Source: Felis catus
Lineage: Eukaryota
Length of the DNA: 64,000 nucleotides
Direction: 5' to 3'
NCBI RefSeq assembly: GCF_018350175.1
Contig: NC_058368.1
Location: 90,708,001 to 90,772,000, forward strand
The notes beneath the pieces were generated by a model that saw nothing but the letters and a program-made list of their open reading frames with translations, had not been told where the DNA came from and searched no databases. Of this stretch, positions 12,259-24,159 are shown in pieces. How positions within the stretch are numbered: the first letter of the stretch is position 1; the number at the start of each line of letters is the position of its first letter. The position numbers were made by a program, and so were the translations under genes.

Positions 12259-12419
12259 TGGGGGAGGGGCAGCGAGAGAGGGAGACACAGAATATGAAGC
12301 AGGCTCCAGGGTCTGAGCTGTCAGCACAGAGCCCAATGTGGGGCTTGAACTCACGAACCATGAGATCATGACCTGAGCCCAAGTCGGATGCTCAACTAAC
12401 TGAGTCACTCAGGTGCCCC
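12180..12419 (-). mobile_element. Can-SINE
   Basis: Full body with (GA)n; TSD taa(a/g)cagcacacttct. Confidence 0.95.
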
Positions 12420-13094
12420 TAAGCAGCACACTTCTAAACAACCCCATGGAGCAAAGAAGAAACCTTAAGTGAAATTAAAAAAAATACATTGAAAAGGAAA
12501 ATATAACATGAAAATTTGTGGGATGAAGTTAAAGCCATGCTGGAAAAAAATTTACAGCACTAAATGTTTACATTAAAATAGAGGGAGGGAATGTCTCAAA
12601 TCCATACTCAAGTTCTCACTCAAGAACCTAGAAAAAGAAGAGCAAACTAAATCCAAAGCAAGCAGAAGGAAGGAAATAATAAAGATAAGATCCGAAATTA
12701 AACGAAATTGAAAACACAGAATGATAGAGAAAATCAATGAAACAAAAAGCTGGTTCTTTGAAAGGATCAATAAAATTGACAAAGAATTGGCAAAGCTGAC
12801 AAAGAATAAAAGAGGGAAGACACAGATCATTAATACCAGGAATAAGACAGACCCTGCAGGCATATTTGAAATAATAAAAAGGAAATACTACAAACAACTC
12901 CATATAGATACATTTGACAACTTAGATGAAAAGGACCATTTCCTCAAAAACACAAATTCCACAACTCACTCAATATGAAATGGTTAATATAAATAGCTCT
13001 ATCACTACTAAGGAAATTAAATTCATAATTTAAAAATCCCCCCAGAAGAAATTTCCAAGGCCAGAAGATTTCACTGGTAAATTCTATCAAACAT

Positions 13095-13268
13095 TAAAAA
13101 AATTTTTAAACGTTTTTTATTTCTGAGAGAGCATGAGGTGGGGAGGTGCAGAGAGACAGGGAGACACAGAATCTGAAGCAGGCTCCAGGGTCTGAGCTGT
13201 CAGCACAGAGCCTGATGCGGGGCTCAAACCCACAAACCGTGAAATCATGACCTGAGCCAAAGTCAGAG
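13095..13268 (-). mobile_element. Can-SINE lacking its head
   Basis: Body stops at gagccaaagtcaga. Confidence 0.9.
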
Positions 13269-13499
13269 TGACTTTGCATACAGATGGAAAATTCTTTCCT
13301 CCCTGCTAATTTATTTTTATTTCTTAATTTCAGCTTTATTGAGGTATAACTGACATGTAAAATTATAAGATATTTTAAAATTCTTTAAAAAAATAAGCAA
13401 ATAGAATTCAGTAATGTATAGAAACAATTATATACCATGACCACGTGGGCTGTGTTCCAGGGATGCAAGGCTGGTTCAACATTCAAAAATCAATTAATG

Positions 13500-13905
13500 C
13501 GGAGCACCTAGACGGCTCAGTCGGTTAAGCATCCAACTCTTGATTTCAGCTCAGGTCATGATCTCATGATTGGTGAGTTTGAGCTCTGTGTCAGGCTCTG
13601 TGCATTGGCTCAGAGCCTGTCTGAGATTCTCTTTCTTTGTCTGCCCCCACCACCCCCCGCCAAAAGATAAATAAACATTAAAAAAATCAGTCTGGGGGAG
13701 CCTGGGTGGCTCAGTCGGTTAAGCGGCTGACTTCAGCTCAGGTCATGATCTCGTGGTCCGTGGGTTTGAGCCCCGCATCGGGCTCTGTGCTGACAGCTCA
13801 GAGTCTGGAGCCTGTTTCAGATTCTGTGTCTCCCTCTTTCTCTGACCCTCCCCTGTTCATGCTCTCTCTCTGTCTCAAAAATAAATAAATGGTAAAAAAA
13901 AAATT
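13500..13905 (+). mobile_element. two tandem Can-SINEs
   Basis: Heads at ~13500 and ~13694; TSD aaaaatcagtctg around the second. Confidence 0.95.
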
Positions 13906-14664
13906 AAAAATCAGTCTGCTATATTAACAAATTAAGAAAAATCACATGATCATATCAATTGATATAGAAAAAAACACTTGGCAAATTTCAACATCTATTC
14001 ATGATAAAAACTCCCAGGTAACTAGAAATAAGAGGAGATTTCCTTGATAAAGATCTTGATAAAGATCATCTTCAAGAAAATCTGTAGCTAACATCACACT
14101 TAATGGTGAAAGATTAGATACTTTCCCCCTATGATCAGGAACAAGGCAAGGATGTCTGTTCTCATCACTGCTGTTTGGCATAGTACCAGAACTTCTAGCT
14201 AGTGCAAGTCAAGAAAATAAAATAAAAGGTATACCATTGGAAAGGAAGAAGGAAGTCTCTGTATTTGTAGAAAACATGTAAGGTTTACATAAAAATCCCA
14301 AGTAATCTACAAAACCCTCCTATAACTAACAAGTGATTTCAGCAAAATAATTCGATACAAAATTAACTGTATTTCTACATACTGGCAGTAAACACATGGA
14401 CCCTGAAATTAAAATTTAATACCATTTATAATTGCTTAAAAAAAAGAAATACTTAGGTGTAAATCTAACAAAACATGGGCAGGATTTACACACTGAAAAC
14501 TATACAGTGCTAATGAAAGACCTCAAAGAAGATCTAAATAAATGGAAAGACATACTGTGTTCATGGATTAGAAGACTCACATTGTAAAGATATTAATTCT
14601 TCCAAATTGATATATAGGTTTGACACAGTTGCTATCAAAATCTCAGCAGACTCTTTTATAATTT

Positions 14665-14766
14665 CTTCTTTTAAAGTAATCTCTACACCCATTATATGGT
14701 TCAAACTTACACTCCTGACCAAGATCAAGAGTCATATGCTCCACTGACTGAGCCAGCCAGGTGCCT
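14665..14766 (-). mobile_element. short older Can-SINE
   Basis: taatctctacaccc...agatcaagagtcatatgctccactgactgagccagccaggtgcc. Confidence 0.85.
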
Positions 14767-15109
14767 CAGATTTTTTTTTTTTTTTTTTGGATATGGACAC
14801 GGTTATCCTTAAATTTACAATGAAAGAAAAAGGAACTAGAATAGCTAAAACAATTTTGAAAAAGAAGAATAAAGTAGGAAGAATCACCACACCAGATTCT
14901 AAGACCTACCAGATTCCAAGGTATTGGTGGAAGGATCAATGAAACAGAATCCAGAATCCAGAAATCACCCCAATCATGTAGGGCCACCTGGTTTCTGATA
15001 AAGGTGCAAAAGCAATTAGAGGGAGAATAGTCTTTTCAACAAATGGTGCTGGAACTATTGGACATGCAGGGCAAGAAAATGTTCTTTGACCTAGATCTTA
15101 TACTTAGAA

Positions 15110-15322
15110 ATTTTTTGTTTATTTATTTTGAAAGAGAGAGAGAGAGAGAGAGACAGAGAGAGAGAGAGAATATGAGTGGGGGAGGGGCAGAGGGAGAGGG
15201 AGAGGGAGAATCCCAAGCAGACTCCATGCTCAGCAAGGAGCTTGATCCCATGACTTTGAGCTCATGACCTGAGCTGATATCAAGAGTTGGACGCTTAACC
15301 GACTGAGCCACCCAGGCACCCC
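15110..15322 (-). mobile_element. Can-SINE
   Basis: Full body. Confidence 0.95.
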
Positions 15323-15838
15323 TTGCACTTTACACAAAAATTATCTCAAGATGGTTTAAAGACTTAAGTGTTAAATGTAAGAAGATAAAATTTTTAGAAG
15401 ATAATGTGAGAAAATCTTCAGGACACAGTTCTTGGTAAAGATTTCTTGAACATGACACTAAAAGCACAATCTGTTAAAGGGAAAAAAAAGGACATATTGG
15501 ACTTCTTCCACGTTTGAAAACTTTGCTTTCGGAAAGAATCTGTTAAGAAAATGAAAGGACAAACTATACACTGGGAGAAAATATTTGTAAAAACTATGTA
15601 TTTGACAAAGGATTCATATCTAGAATATATGCTCTCGAGATTCAGCAGTGAACAATTCAGTTAGGAAAGGGCCAAAAGGCATGGTGAGACATTTTACTAA
15701 AGAGGATACACAGGGGGGAAATAAGCACTGGAAAAGATGTATTTCCATATACAAGATGGAAATGCAAATGAAGACAATGATGAGGTATCACTATCCATCT
15801 ATCAGAATAGCTAGAATAAAAAATAGTGACAATTCCAA

Positions 15839-15891
15839 AGACATATCTAGAAAAATGTTACCAAGGCCAATGCCCGAGAGATTACTAAGAT

Positions 15892-15940
<49 letters not shown>

Positions 15941-16099
15941 ATATATATATATATACACACATATATGTGTGTATATATATACATATATGTGTGTATATAC
16001 ATATATACACACATCTATACACATATATACACATATACATACATATATATGTATATACACATATACATATATATGTGTATATACATATATATACACATA

Positions 16100-16149
<50 letters not shown>

Positions 16150-16413
16150 TTAGGGGTTTTATGATTTCAGGTCTCACATTTAGGTCTTTAATACCTTTTA
16201 AGTTTAATTTTGTGTATGGTATAAGAAAGTTGTCCAATTTCAATTCTCTTGCATGTTGCTGTCCAGTTTTCCCAACACCATTTGTTGAAGAGACTTTTTC
16301 CCATTGCATACTCTTGCCTCTTTTGTACAAGATTAATTGACCATATAACCATGGGCTTATGTCTGGGCTCTCCATTCTGTTCCATTGATCTATGTGTCCA
16401 TTTTTGTGCCAGT
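15839..16413 (-). mobile_element. younger L1 ORF2 fragment in opposite orientation, containing a (TA)/(CA) microsatellite
   Basis: ORF peptides [46 protein letters not shown]. Confidence 0.9.
15895..16149. repeat. compound (TA)n/(CA)n/(TG)n microsatellite
   Basis: About 250 bp of alternating purine-pyrimidine sequence. Confidence 0.98.
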
Positions 16414-16441
16414 GGCTGAAATATATATATATATATATTAA

Positions 16442-16595
16442 AAGATACTGTCCTTGGATTTAGGGCTAACCTTAACTCCCGTGTGATCTCATCTTGAGCT
16501 CTTTAATTATAGTTGCAAAGACCCTTTTCCTAAATACAGTCATAGTCACAGATTCTGGGGATTAGGAGTTGGACATATCTTTTTGGAGGTCAGCC
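16442..16595 (-). mobile_element. MLT1 LTR fragment
   Basis: ttggatttagggctaacc...tgcaaagacccttttcctaaatacagtca...ggacatatctttttgg. Confidence 0.8.
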
Positions 16596-16919
16596 CTCTG
16601 TGGAGATGCAAGTCAGATTTGTGGTTGCCAGGGATCGGTATGGTGGGGAGAGGGCAGTGGGTATGACTATAAGAGGTCTAGAGGAAGACGTTTGTGGTAA
16701 TGGATGAGTTCTGTATCTTGATTGCAGTGGTAATTCCATGAATCTTTACATGTGATAAAATGACAGGCATTGCATCAATGCCAATTTTCTTGGTGCTGAT
16801 GTACTATGGTATGTAAGAGGCGATCATTGGGAGAAACTGGGTGATGGGCATAAGAGGACCTCTCTCTACTATCTTGAAACTTCTTGTGATTATACAATTG
16901 TTTCAAAATTAAAAGCTAA

Positions 16920-17140
16920 GGGGCGCCTGGGTGGCTCAGTCAGTTGAGCGTCCGACTTCAGCTCAGGCCATGATCTCGCAGTTGATGAGTTTGAGCCCTG
17001 CGTTGGGTTCTGTGCTGACAGCTCAGAGCCTGGAGCCTGCTTCGGATTCTGTGTCTCCTTCTCTCTCTGCTTCTCTCCCACTCATGCCCTGTCTCTGTCT
17101 CAAAAATAAAGATAAACATTTAAAAAAAATTAAAAAAAGC
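16920..17140 (+). mobile_element. Can-SINE
   Basis: Full body; TSD aaaagctaa. Confidence 0.95.
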
Positions 17141-17256
17141 TAAAAAACTCTACACATGTGTACACAAACATAAGCACAATCAAAAGGCAAATGATACATT
17201 GGCAAAAATATTTCTAGCTAATTTCACAAGGGATAAATTACCTCCTATAGATAAGG

Positions 17257-17755
17257 ATGGCAGATGGTCTTGAAAGATGGCCGCTACTGTTTTTTCCTTC
17301 CTTGTACCCCACACCACTTCTCCCATCTATTTCCCATCCATTGAGTCTGGGCTGGCCTGTGACTTTGTATGATTGATAGAACACAGAAATGATGTTCTAT
17401 GACTTCTGAATCTATGCCTTAAGAGTACTGGAAGCTTCTCATGTCTTCCTTCTTGAAAGGGAGCAAATATGCATGCAAACTGACTTCCTTGGGACCACTA
17501 TTCGGTGAAGAAGCCCAAGCCAACCCCTTGAAAAGGCCACATAGGGAGCACCAGCACACCAGACAAGTGAGTCAAGTCTTCTTGGACTGTCCAGCTCAGC
17601 CCAGCTGCAAGCTGAATGCAGCCAAGTAACTAAGCCCAGGTGGTTGCCATCTGAGAAGAACCACCCAGCTAAGCCCATTCAACCTCAGCATCCAGAGGAG
17701 CAATGAATCATTGTTCTTTTAAGCCACTAAATTTTTGGAATGGTTTGTTACATAA
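17257..17755 (+). mobile_element. old MLT1 LTR (MLT1F/G/H-like)
   Basis: ttgagtctgggctggcctgtgact...ttttaagccactaaattttt...gtttgttacata; its tip catagcaataagtaa resumes at ~18565. Confidence 0.8.
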
Positions 17756-18564
17756 TAAAGGGTTCTAATCACCAATTCCAATGTGAGGGGTTTTCCCACA
17801 CCAACAAGCAAGCAATTCTCTGACACCAGCTGGGTGTTCTACAATTCAACTCAGTTGTGACACTGTTTCCCTGGAGAGAGCATCAGATCCCATAGGTTAA
17901 GGTCCCAGTCCTGCAAGACTGCTCCCTGCTACCCCAAAACATGCCAGTGACAAATCCAGGTTATCACCTGTGCTTCTGATCCACTGGCTATCTATTGGAG
18001 GCTTTACAACCCCCTCCTTGGGTTTGTTTAATTTGGTAGAGTGGCTCACAAGACTCAGGGAACCAATTTGCTTACTAGATTACTGGTTTATTATAAAGGC
18101 TGTAACTCAGAAATAGCCAGATGGAAGATATGCATTGGGCAGGGTACGGGTACGACGCGTGGGGCTTCCGGGCCCTCTTCAGGAGCGCCGCTCTCCCCAA
18201 GTCTCCACGTGCTCACCAACCCGGAAGCTCTCGGAACCCCATGCTTTAGGGTGTTTATGGAGCTTCATTGCGTAAGCACTATTGATTAAATCGCCGGCCA
18301 CTCGTGAGATTGATTTAACCTCCAGCCCCTCTCCTCTCCCTGGAAGGCTGGTGTCTGGACTGAAATCTCCAGCCTTCTAATTATGTGGTTGGTTCTCCAG
18401 ATAACCAGCCCCCACCCTTAGGTGGACTTTCCAAAGCCACCTCATTAACATAACAAAAGGCAGGCTGGTCTCCTAGGAAATCCTGAGGATTTTGGGAGAT
18501 CCATGTGCCAGGAAATGGGATGGAGACCAAACATATATTTCTTATTATAAATCACAACATCATC
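17756..18564 (-). mobile_element. MER21-related solo LTR inserted into the MLT1 end
   Basis: tctgacaccagctgggtgttctacaattcaactc...gcatcagatcccataggttaagg...gaccaaacatatatttcttattataaatcacaacatca. Confidence 0.8.
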
Positions 18565-18727
18565 CATAGCAATAAGTAAATTAAAAAGAGTTTTTTCTCT
18601 TGTATGAAAAAGACCAAAAATCCAATAAAAAAATGGAAAGAGGAAATACTTCATAGAGAAAGGAATGCAAATGGTCCTTAAGCATCGAGAGATGCTCAAC
18701 ATCACTCATAAAATAGATGCACATTAA

Positions 18728-18935
18728 GGTCCCCTTGGCGGCTCAGTTGGCTGAGCGTCCAAGTCTTGATTTTGGCTCAGGTCATGATCTCACGGTTTGT
18801 GGAATGGAGCCCCATGTGGCATTCTCTCTTTCTCCCTCTCTCTCTCTTTCTCTCCGTCTCTCTCCTTCTCTCCTCCCATCTACCTCTCTCCCCCTGCTTA
18901 TGCTCTCTCACTATAAAATAAAAATTAAAAAAAGA
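18728..18935 (+). mobile_element. Can-SINE, internally deleted
   Basis: Head and (CT)-rich tail present, middle missing. Confidence 0.9.
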
Positions 18936-19178
18936 TAGTAGGAAAATAATATGGATGACTCAATGCCCTTATACTCCAAACGTTCTAAAAATATCTAGAA
19001 AATACAATTAAACAAATTGCCTCAAGGAGAAATAGAAAACCTAAGTGAACAGTCCTTAGCCTGGGTGGCTCAGTTGGTTAAGCATCTGACTCTTGGTTTC
19101 AGCTCAGATCATGATCTCATAGTATTGCAAGTTTGAGCCCCGAATTGGACTCTGCTGACAGCACAGAGCCTGCTTGGG

Positions 19179-19221
<43 letters not shown>

Positions 19222-20151
19222 GCCCCTCTCCCACTTGTGCTGTCTCTGTCTTTCTCAAAATAAATAAAATAAAAGCTTAAAGAATAGTCCTTATAATGTT
19301 TAAAGAAACCAAATTATTAGCAAACAATCTTTCATAAAGCAAACAATAGACTGAAGTAAGTGAAAAAAAAAAACTTAAAGGAGAAGATCATCTTGGTCTT
19401 TTTTAAAAAATATTTTATTTTAAAGTAATCTCCATGCCCAATGTGGGGCTTGAACTCATGACCCCGAGATTAAGAGCCACACACTCCACTGAATGAGCCA
19501 GCCAGACATCCCATATCATCTTGGCCTTAAACTGTTCTTGTCATAAGAGGAAATATTCTCCAATACATCTCATAATACTAAAATAAAGGAGATACTCAAA
19601 ATAGACAAGAAAATTAGGAGAAAAGTAAATTATGGGCCAATCTACTTGTGAACATGGATGCAAAAACCTTGTAAGTAAAATATCAGCAAACTGAATCCAA
19701 GCAATATATATATATATATAAGAACATCAACAATTCATGTCAAGGTGTAGTATTCCAGAAACTTAATGTTGATTTAATATCAGAAAGTCTACGAGTGAAT
19801 CCAACACATTAACAGGCAGAGGAAGAAAATAGCATACAATATTCTCAATAAATGCAGAAAAATAATTTGATAAAATGCAAAAGCCACTCATGATTTAAAA
19901 AAGAAAACCCAAACTCTTGGCAAGTAAGAGTGGGTGGGAGCACCTGGGTGGCTCAGTCGGTTGAGTGTCCAACTTCAGCTCAGGTCATGATCTTGAAGTT
20001 CGTGGGTTCGAGCCCTGCATTGGGCTATGTGCTGAAAGCACGGAGCCTGGAGCCTGCTTTGGATTCTGTGTCTCCCTCTCTCTCTGCCCTTCCCCTGCTC
20101 GTGCTCTCTCTCTCAAAAATAAATAAACATTAAAAATTTTTGAAAAATTAA

Positions 20152-20310
20152 GCATAAGAGACTGTTAAAAACTGAGAACAAGCTGAGGGTTGATGGGGGG
20201 TGGGAAGGAGGGGAGGGTGGGTGATGGGTATTGAGGAGGGCACCTTTTGGGATGAGCACTGGGTGTTGTATGGAAACCAACTTGACAATAAATTTCATAT
20301 ATTGAAAAAA
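20152..20310 (+). mobile_element. young felid L1 3' tip inserted in a SINE tail
   Basis: gagggcaccttttgggatgagcactgggtgttgtatggaaaccaacttgacaataaatttcatatattgaaaa; TSD aaaaattttt(t)gaaaaattaa. Confidence 0.92.
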
Positions 20311-20451
20311 ATTTTTTGAAAAATTAAAAAAAAGAAATAGGAGTGGGTATATACTAACAATCTACAACAAGCATTACACTTTAGGGTGACAGGCTAGAGA
20401 CAGAGTAATCTTTAGCCAGTCAGGAATAAGACTGGAAACCCAGTGTACTCT

Positions 20452-20550
20452 TTTTTCTTTTCTTTTCTTTTCTTTTCTTTTCTTTTCTTTTCTTTTCTTT
20501 TCTTTTCTTTTCTTTTCTTTCCTTTTCTTTCCTTTTCTTTCCTTTTCTTT
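20452..20550. repeat. (TTTTC)n microsatellite (expanded SINE tail)
   Basis: Direct read. Confidence 0.97.
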
Positions 20551-21124
20551 TTAAAAATCTTTTTCAATGTTTATTTATTTTTGAGAGAAGAGACAGAGTG
20601 TGAGTGGGAAAGGGGCAGAGAGAGAGGGAGACACAGAATCCAAAGCAGGCTCCAGGCTCCATGCTGTCAGCACAGAGCCCGACACGGGGCTCAAACTCAT
20701 GAGCCGTGAGATCACTACCTGAGCTGAAGTTGGACGCTTGACTGACTGAGCCACTCCGGCACCCCTCCAGTGCACTATTTTCATTCAGTATTGTCCCTGA
20801 TATCCCAGACAGTGCAGACAAAGAAGAAAAAGAAATTTTACCTATAAGGATTAGAAAAAAGGAGACCAAATAGTAATGATTGCTTGATATCTGATATTGT
20901 TTGATGTATGATATTACTATATAAATAGAAAACACCCCTCCCCCCAATTTATAGAGAACTGGAATTAATAAGGTAGTTTAATGAGTGTCTGGATTTATAA
21001 TCAATAAACAAAAAATTGATTGCCTTTCTATGCTCCAAAAAACAATGATAGAAAATCAATTTAACAAAGCAACAAAAAATATGGAGTGCCTAACAATAAA
21101 GCCAGCAAACGTTTTGCCAGGAAC

Positions 21125-21149
21125 TTTTAAAAAATGTTTATTTATTTAT

Positions 21150-21184
<35 letters not shown>

Positions 21185-21346
21185 ACAAGCAGGGGAGAGG
21201 CAGAGAGAGAGGGAGAGAGAATCCCAAGAAGACTTTGCTATCAGCAAAGAGCCCAACACAGGGCTTGAACTCATGAACCATGAGATCATGACCTGAGCTG
21301 AAATCAAGATTCAGACATTCAACCGACTGAGCTTCCCAGGTGCCCC
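21125..21346 (-). mobile_element. Can-SINE
   Basis: TSD gttttgccagg(a/g)actt. Confidence 0.95.
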
Positions 21347-23934
21347 ATGTTTTGCCAGGGACTTCTAAATGCCACAAATCCAACAGCTTTGGGTGGACCC
21401 TGCACACAGCAATAGAGGAGAGAAAAAGTGGAGCCTGGGCTGTGGAATTTCCCTGTATCAGCATGTCAGAATGTCATGAGTTAAAGAGAACACTTGGTAG
21501 AAAGCATAGGAAGGTCCCCAGCAGTGAGCACCCTAAAATCTGGGCCACGTCATCCTGCCATCCCTGAGGTCCAGCTGCAGGTGTTGACCCAATGGAGTGC
21601 CTGTGACCACACCTGCACGCACACCCTCATCAGACATGCCTGCGCAGTCCCCAGGGCAATGGTGGTGTTGGCAGTCAGCTTGGATGTTCCCACCTCACAC
21701 TTCCAGCACATGTTGTTAAGATGAATTTTATCTTGTGAATAGGTAATGCATTTGTATTGTTAACAAAACACAATACCTTGGTGGCCAAGTGACAGATGGG
21801 ACCCAGAACACGGAGTAGGAAGCAGCTTGGTTGCACTGGGCATCACCAACGGTCTCAGGGCCCCTATCCCAATATCTTTCTCCTCTGTGGTTACCTCCTG
21901 CCCTGTTTGGGCCTGCCCCCCCCCTCCCCTTTGTCCTTTGGCTCTGTCCCCTGCAAAAGCTGTATTGTGTTCTCAGGCCATCTCCTAGAGGAAGCAGAAA
22001 GAACAAAGGTAGAGTTTCCTTGAACAGACTTCCCACCAGGGAAGACCACCTCGGCTCCTCCCATTCCCTGGGCCTGATATGACCATGAGGTGGTGCGTCT
22101 TCCTACCCTCCAGGGCAGATCTCCCCTTGAGCCCCGCACCCCAGCCCCACCCCTGAGCTCACACTGTGTTGCCTGCAAGTGGAGACAGGTAGTGGCAGAT
22201 GCTGTCGGGGCTGTCTGCACCAGAAACATGGGGGGGGGACCTCAGAAAGGAAGTGGTTGATCTTTCTTGGTTAGTGGGGTACAGGTAAAGGGAGACACCA
22301 TGAGGGGGGTGGTCCTGGCCTGGGGCAGATGGGGAGGGGCATTGTGGTTGAACAGTGCCACCTGCAAAGGCATAATGGGGAAGTATATTTGGGGCTCACA
22401 TTACAGACATGCTTCAAAGCCACCCTGGTCAGGAATGCATGGCCTGGGCCTCCAGAGACAGAAAAGCCCTGCTGTATTTACAGAGCATTTCCACCCTGCT
22501 TTGTGGGTGCTCTATCTTGGGGGTCTGGGAGGGAATGCTGAGGAGGCATTGGGAGCTTTCTCCCATGTGGGTGGCTGAAAGCCCAGGATCCCAGGATAGG
22601 GATGCCTAGAAGCAGAGATCAGACAGCAGCCCAGGTACCTTCCCACTACCTCCTGGCTCTTGGATCCTGTTCAGAGACCCTCAGACCCAGGGCAGAGGTG
22701 GTGGCTAGATGTCACGGTGGGCTTGAGGCTGAACCTGGAGTAGGGCTGGAGGCTCTGGTCACGCAGCCTCCCGACCTTGTGTGGCCCAGAGCATTTCTGA
22801 AACTGTATGCTGTGCAGGTGCCAACTACCCCATAACAGCATCCCAAATTGTCCAGAGCAAAAAAGGTGGTTCATTGTTGTCACAGCCTCAGACTTTAGGA
22901 GTGGGCGGCGGCCTTGGGTTGATGGCCTTGTCATCCCCAGGACAGGGAGAGGGGTTGTTCCTCTGGATGCTGATGGATTAATGACAAACCTTAGGAGTTT
23001 GGGTGCCCTTGCCCTTCAAAATCAAGCCTCAACATAGAATTTAGCATTTTCATTCTGATTGGAATTTGTGGCTTATTACCGCGACCAGCACCATCCCAGC
23101 GAGTGTGGCTTAAATGTCAAGATATATTTTTCAGGTACATAAGACACCAAAGATCATAGCTGTCTGGAAGAGTGAATGTTAATTAGCAAAGGGATCCCAT
23201 AAAACCTCCCAAGCCCCGATGAAACGGCTCTGCCAGGCTTTGTTCAGCCCTGGTGTTTATTACAGACTCAGATGGCTGGCGATAACGTCCAAAGGACCTG
23301 GGGAAAGCGTTAGTGGGAACTGGTTTTAACTTTCAAACCTTATCTGTTAAGTCCCTAGTGCCAAATACCTCTGGAGAAAGAAAGAGGGCTACAGAAAGGC
23401 GCTTGATGAATAGCTAATAGTGTAGTGGTACCTCCAGAACATTCCATGCACTGTGCTCCCTTAGCGGCTAATGTACATGGTGTAGGAAGAATTTGTTACC
23501 TGGTAGGAAGACTTAAGGGCATCTCTCACATTTGGAAAGTGCCCCCTTGCCAGTTCTTACCCTCATGTCTGCTTTCTCCACACCAACTCCCTGACTCCTA
23601 TAGGCACCTCCAGAGAAGGCAAAGACACCCTTCTTTGATGTCAACACAGACTCATCCAGTTCAGTGACAGACTGTCCAGTCAGCCCCACCCTGGCGGCTG
23701 GGCACTCAGACATGAGTAGGTGGGGTCTTGACCTTTTGGAAAGCTCACAGCCTGACATGTAAGTACGTAGGCTGTGACACAGAGTGACAAGGTGCCCCAG
23801 TTACGGCGTAATGTAAACTCATTAAGTAATATCTGGATTTTAGAAGAGACATACGATTTTGCTAGGCAAAAAGAAGGGGTAGGTACTCTATTGACAGTAC
23901 AGAAATGAAAGAGATTGTAAAGGGATACCTATTT

Positions 23935-24135
23935 TTAAACATTTTTTTAAAGTTTATTTATTTTGAGAGAAAGAGAGAGGCAGGGAGGATCAGACAGAGA
24001 GGGAGACAGAGGGAGAATCCGAAGTAAGCTTTGCACTGTCAGCACAGAGCCCGATGCAGGGTTCGAACTTTCGAACTCTGAGATCATGACCTGAGCTGAA
24101 ATCAAGAGTCAGTCATTTAACCACCCAGGTGCTCC
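23935..24135 (-). mobile_element. Can-SINE
   Basis: Body recognisable, small deletion in the head. Confidence 0.9.
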
Positions 24136-24159
24136 AGGAGTACCTTTTTTTTTTTTTTA

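Larger units (their letters stand above)
10910..16918 (+). mobile_element. long decayed L1 (L1MD-like): 5'UTR ~10910-11620, ORF2 ~11623-15838, 3'UTR ~16600-16918; several SINE insertions
   Basis: ORF2 peptides (IEKINETKSWFFERINKIDKELAKL; gatcaggaacaaggcaaggatgtc in the RT region; [24 protein letters not shown]); L1MD-type 3' end (gttctgtatcttgattgcagtgg...gggagaaactgggtgatgggcata); many stops and frameshifts. Confidence 0.85.
17145..18727 (+). mobile_element. continuation of the ancient L1 broken at ~10905 (pieces 17145-17256 and 18585-18727)
   Basis: aaaaggcaaatgatacattggcaaaaatattt and aaaagaccaaaaatccaataaaaaaatgg...gatgctcaacatcactcat are collinear with the L1 ORF2 3' region. Confidence 0.65.
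18950..21115 (+). mobile_element. very old L1 ORF2 fragments interrupted by SINEs (19058-19275 +, 19400-19512 -, 19936-20135 +, 20550-20765 -)
   Basis: tatgggccaatctacttgtgaacatggatgcaaaaacc; tctcaataaatgcagaaaaataatttgataaaatgcaa. Confidence 0.75.

Noticed and set aside
15648..16375. 230-aa and 194-aa ORFs
   Set aside because: Chimeras of decayed L1 ORF2 and the (TA)/(CA) microsatellite.
10910..16918. Possible active full-length L1
   Set aside because: ORF1 is missing and ORF2 is full of stops, deletions and SINE insertions.
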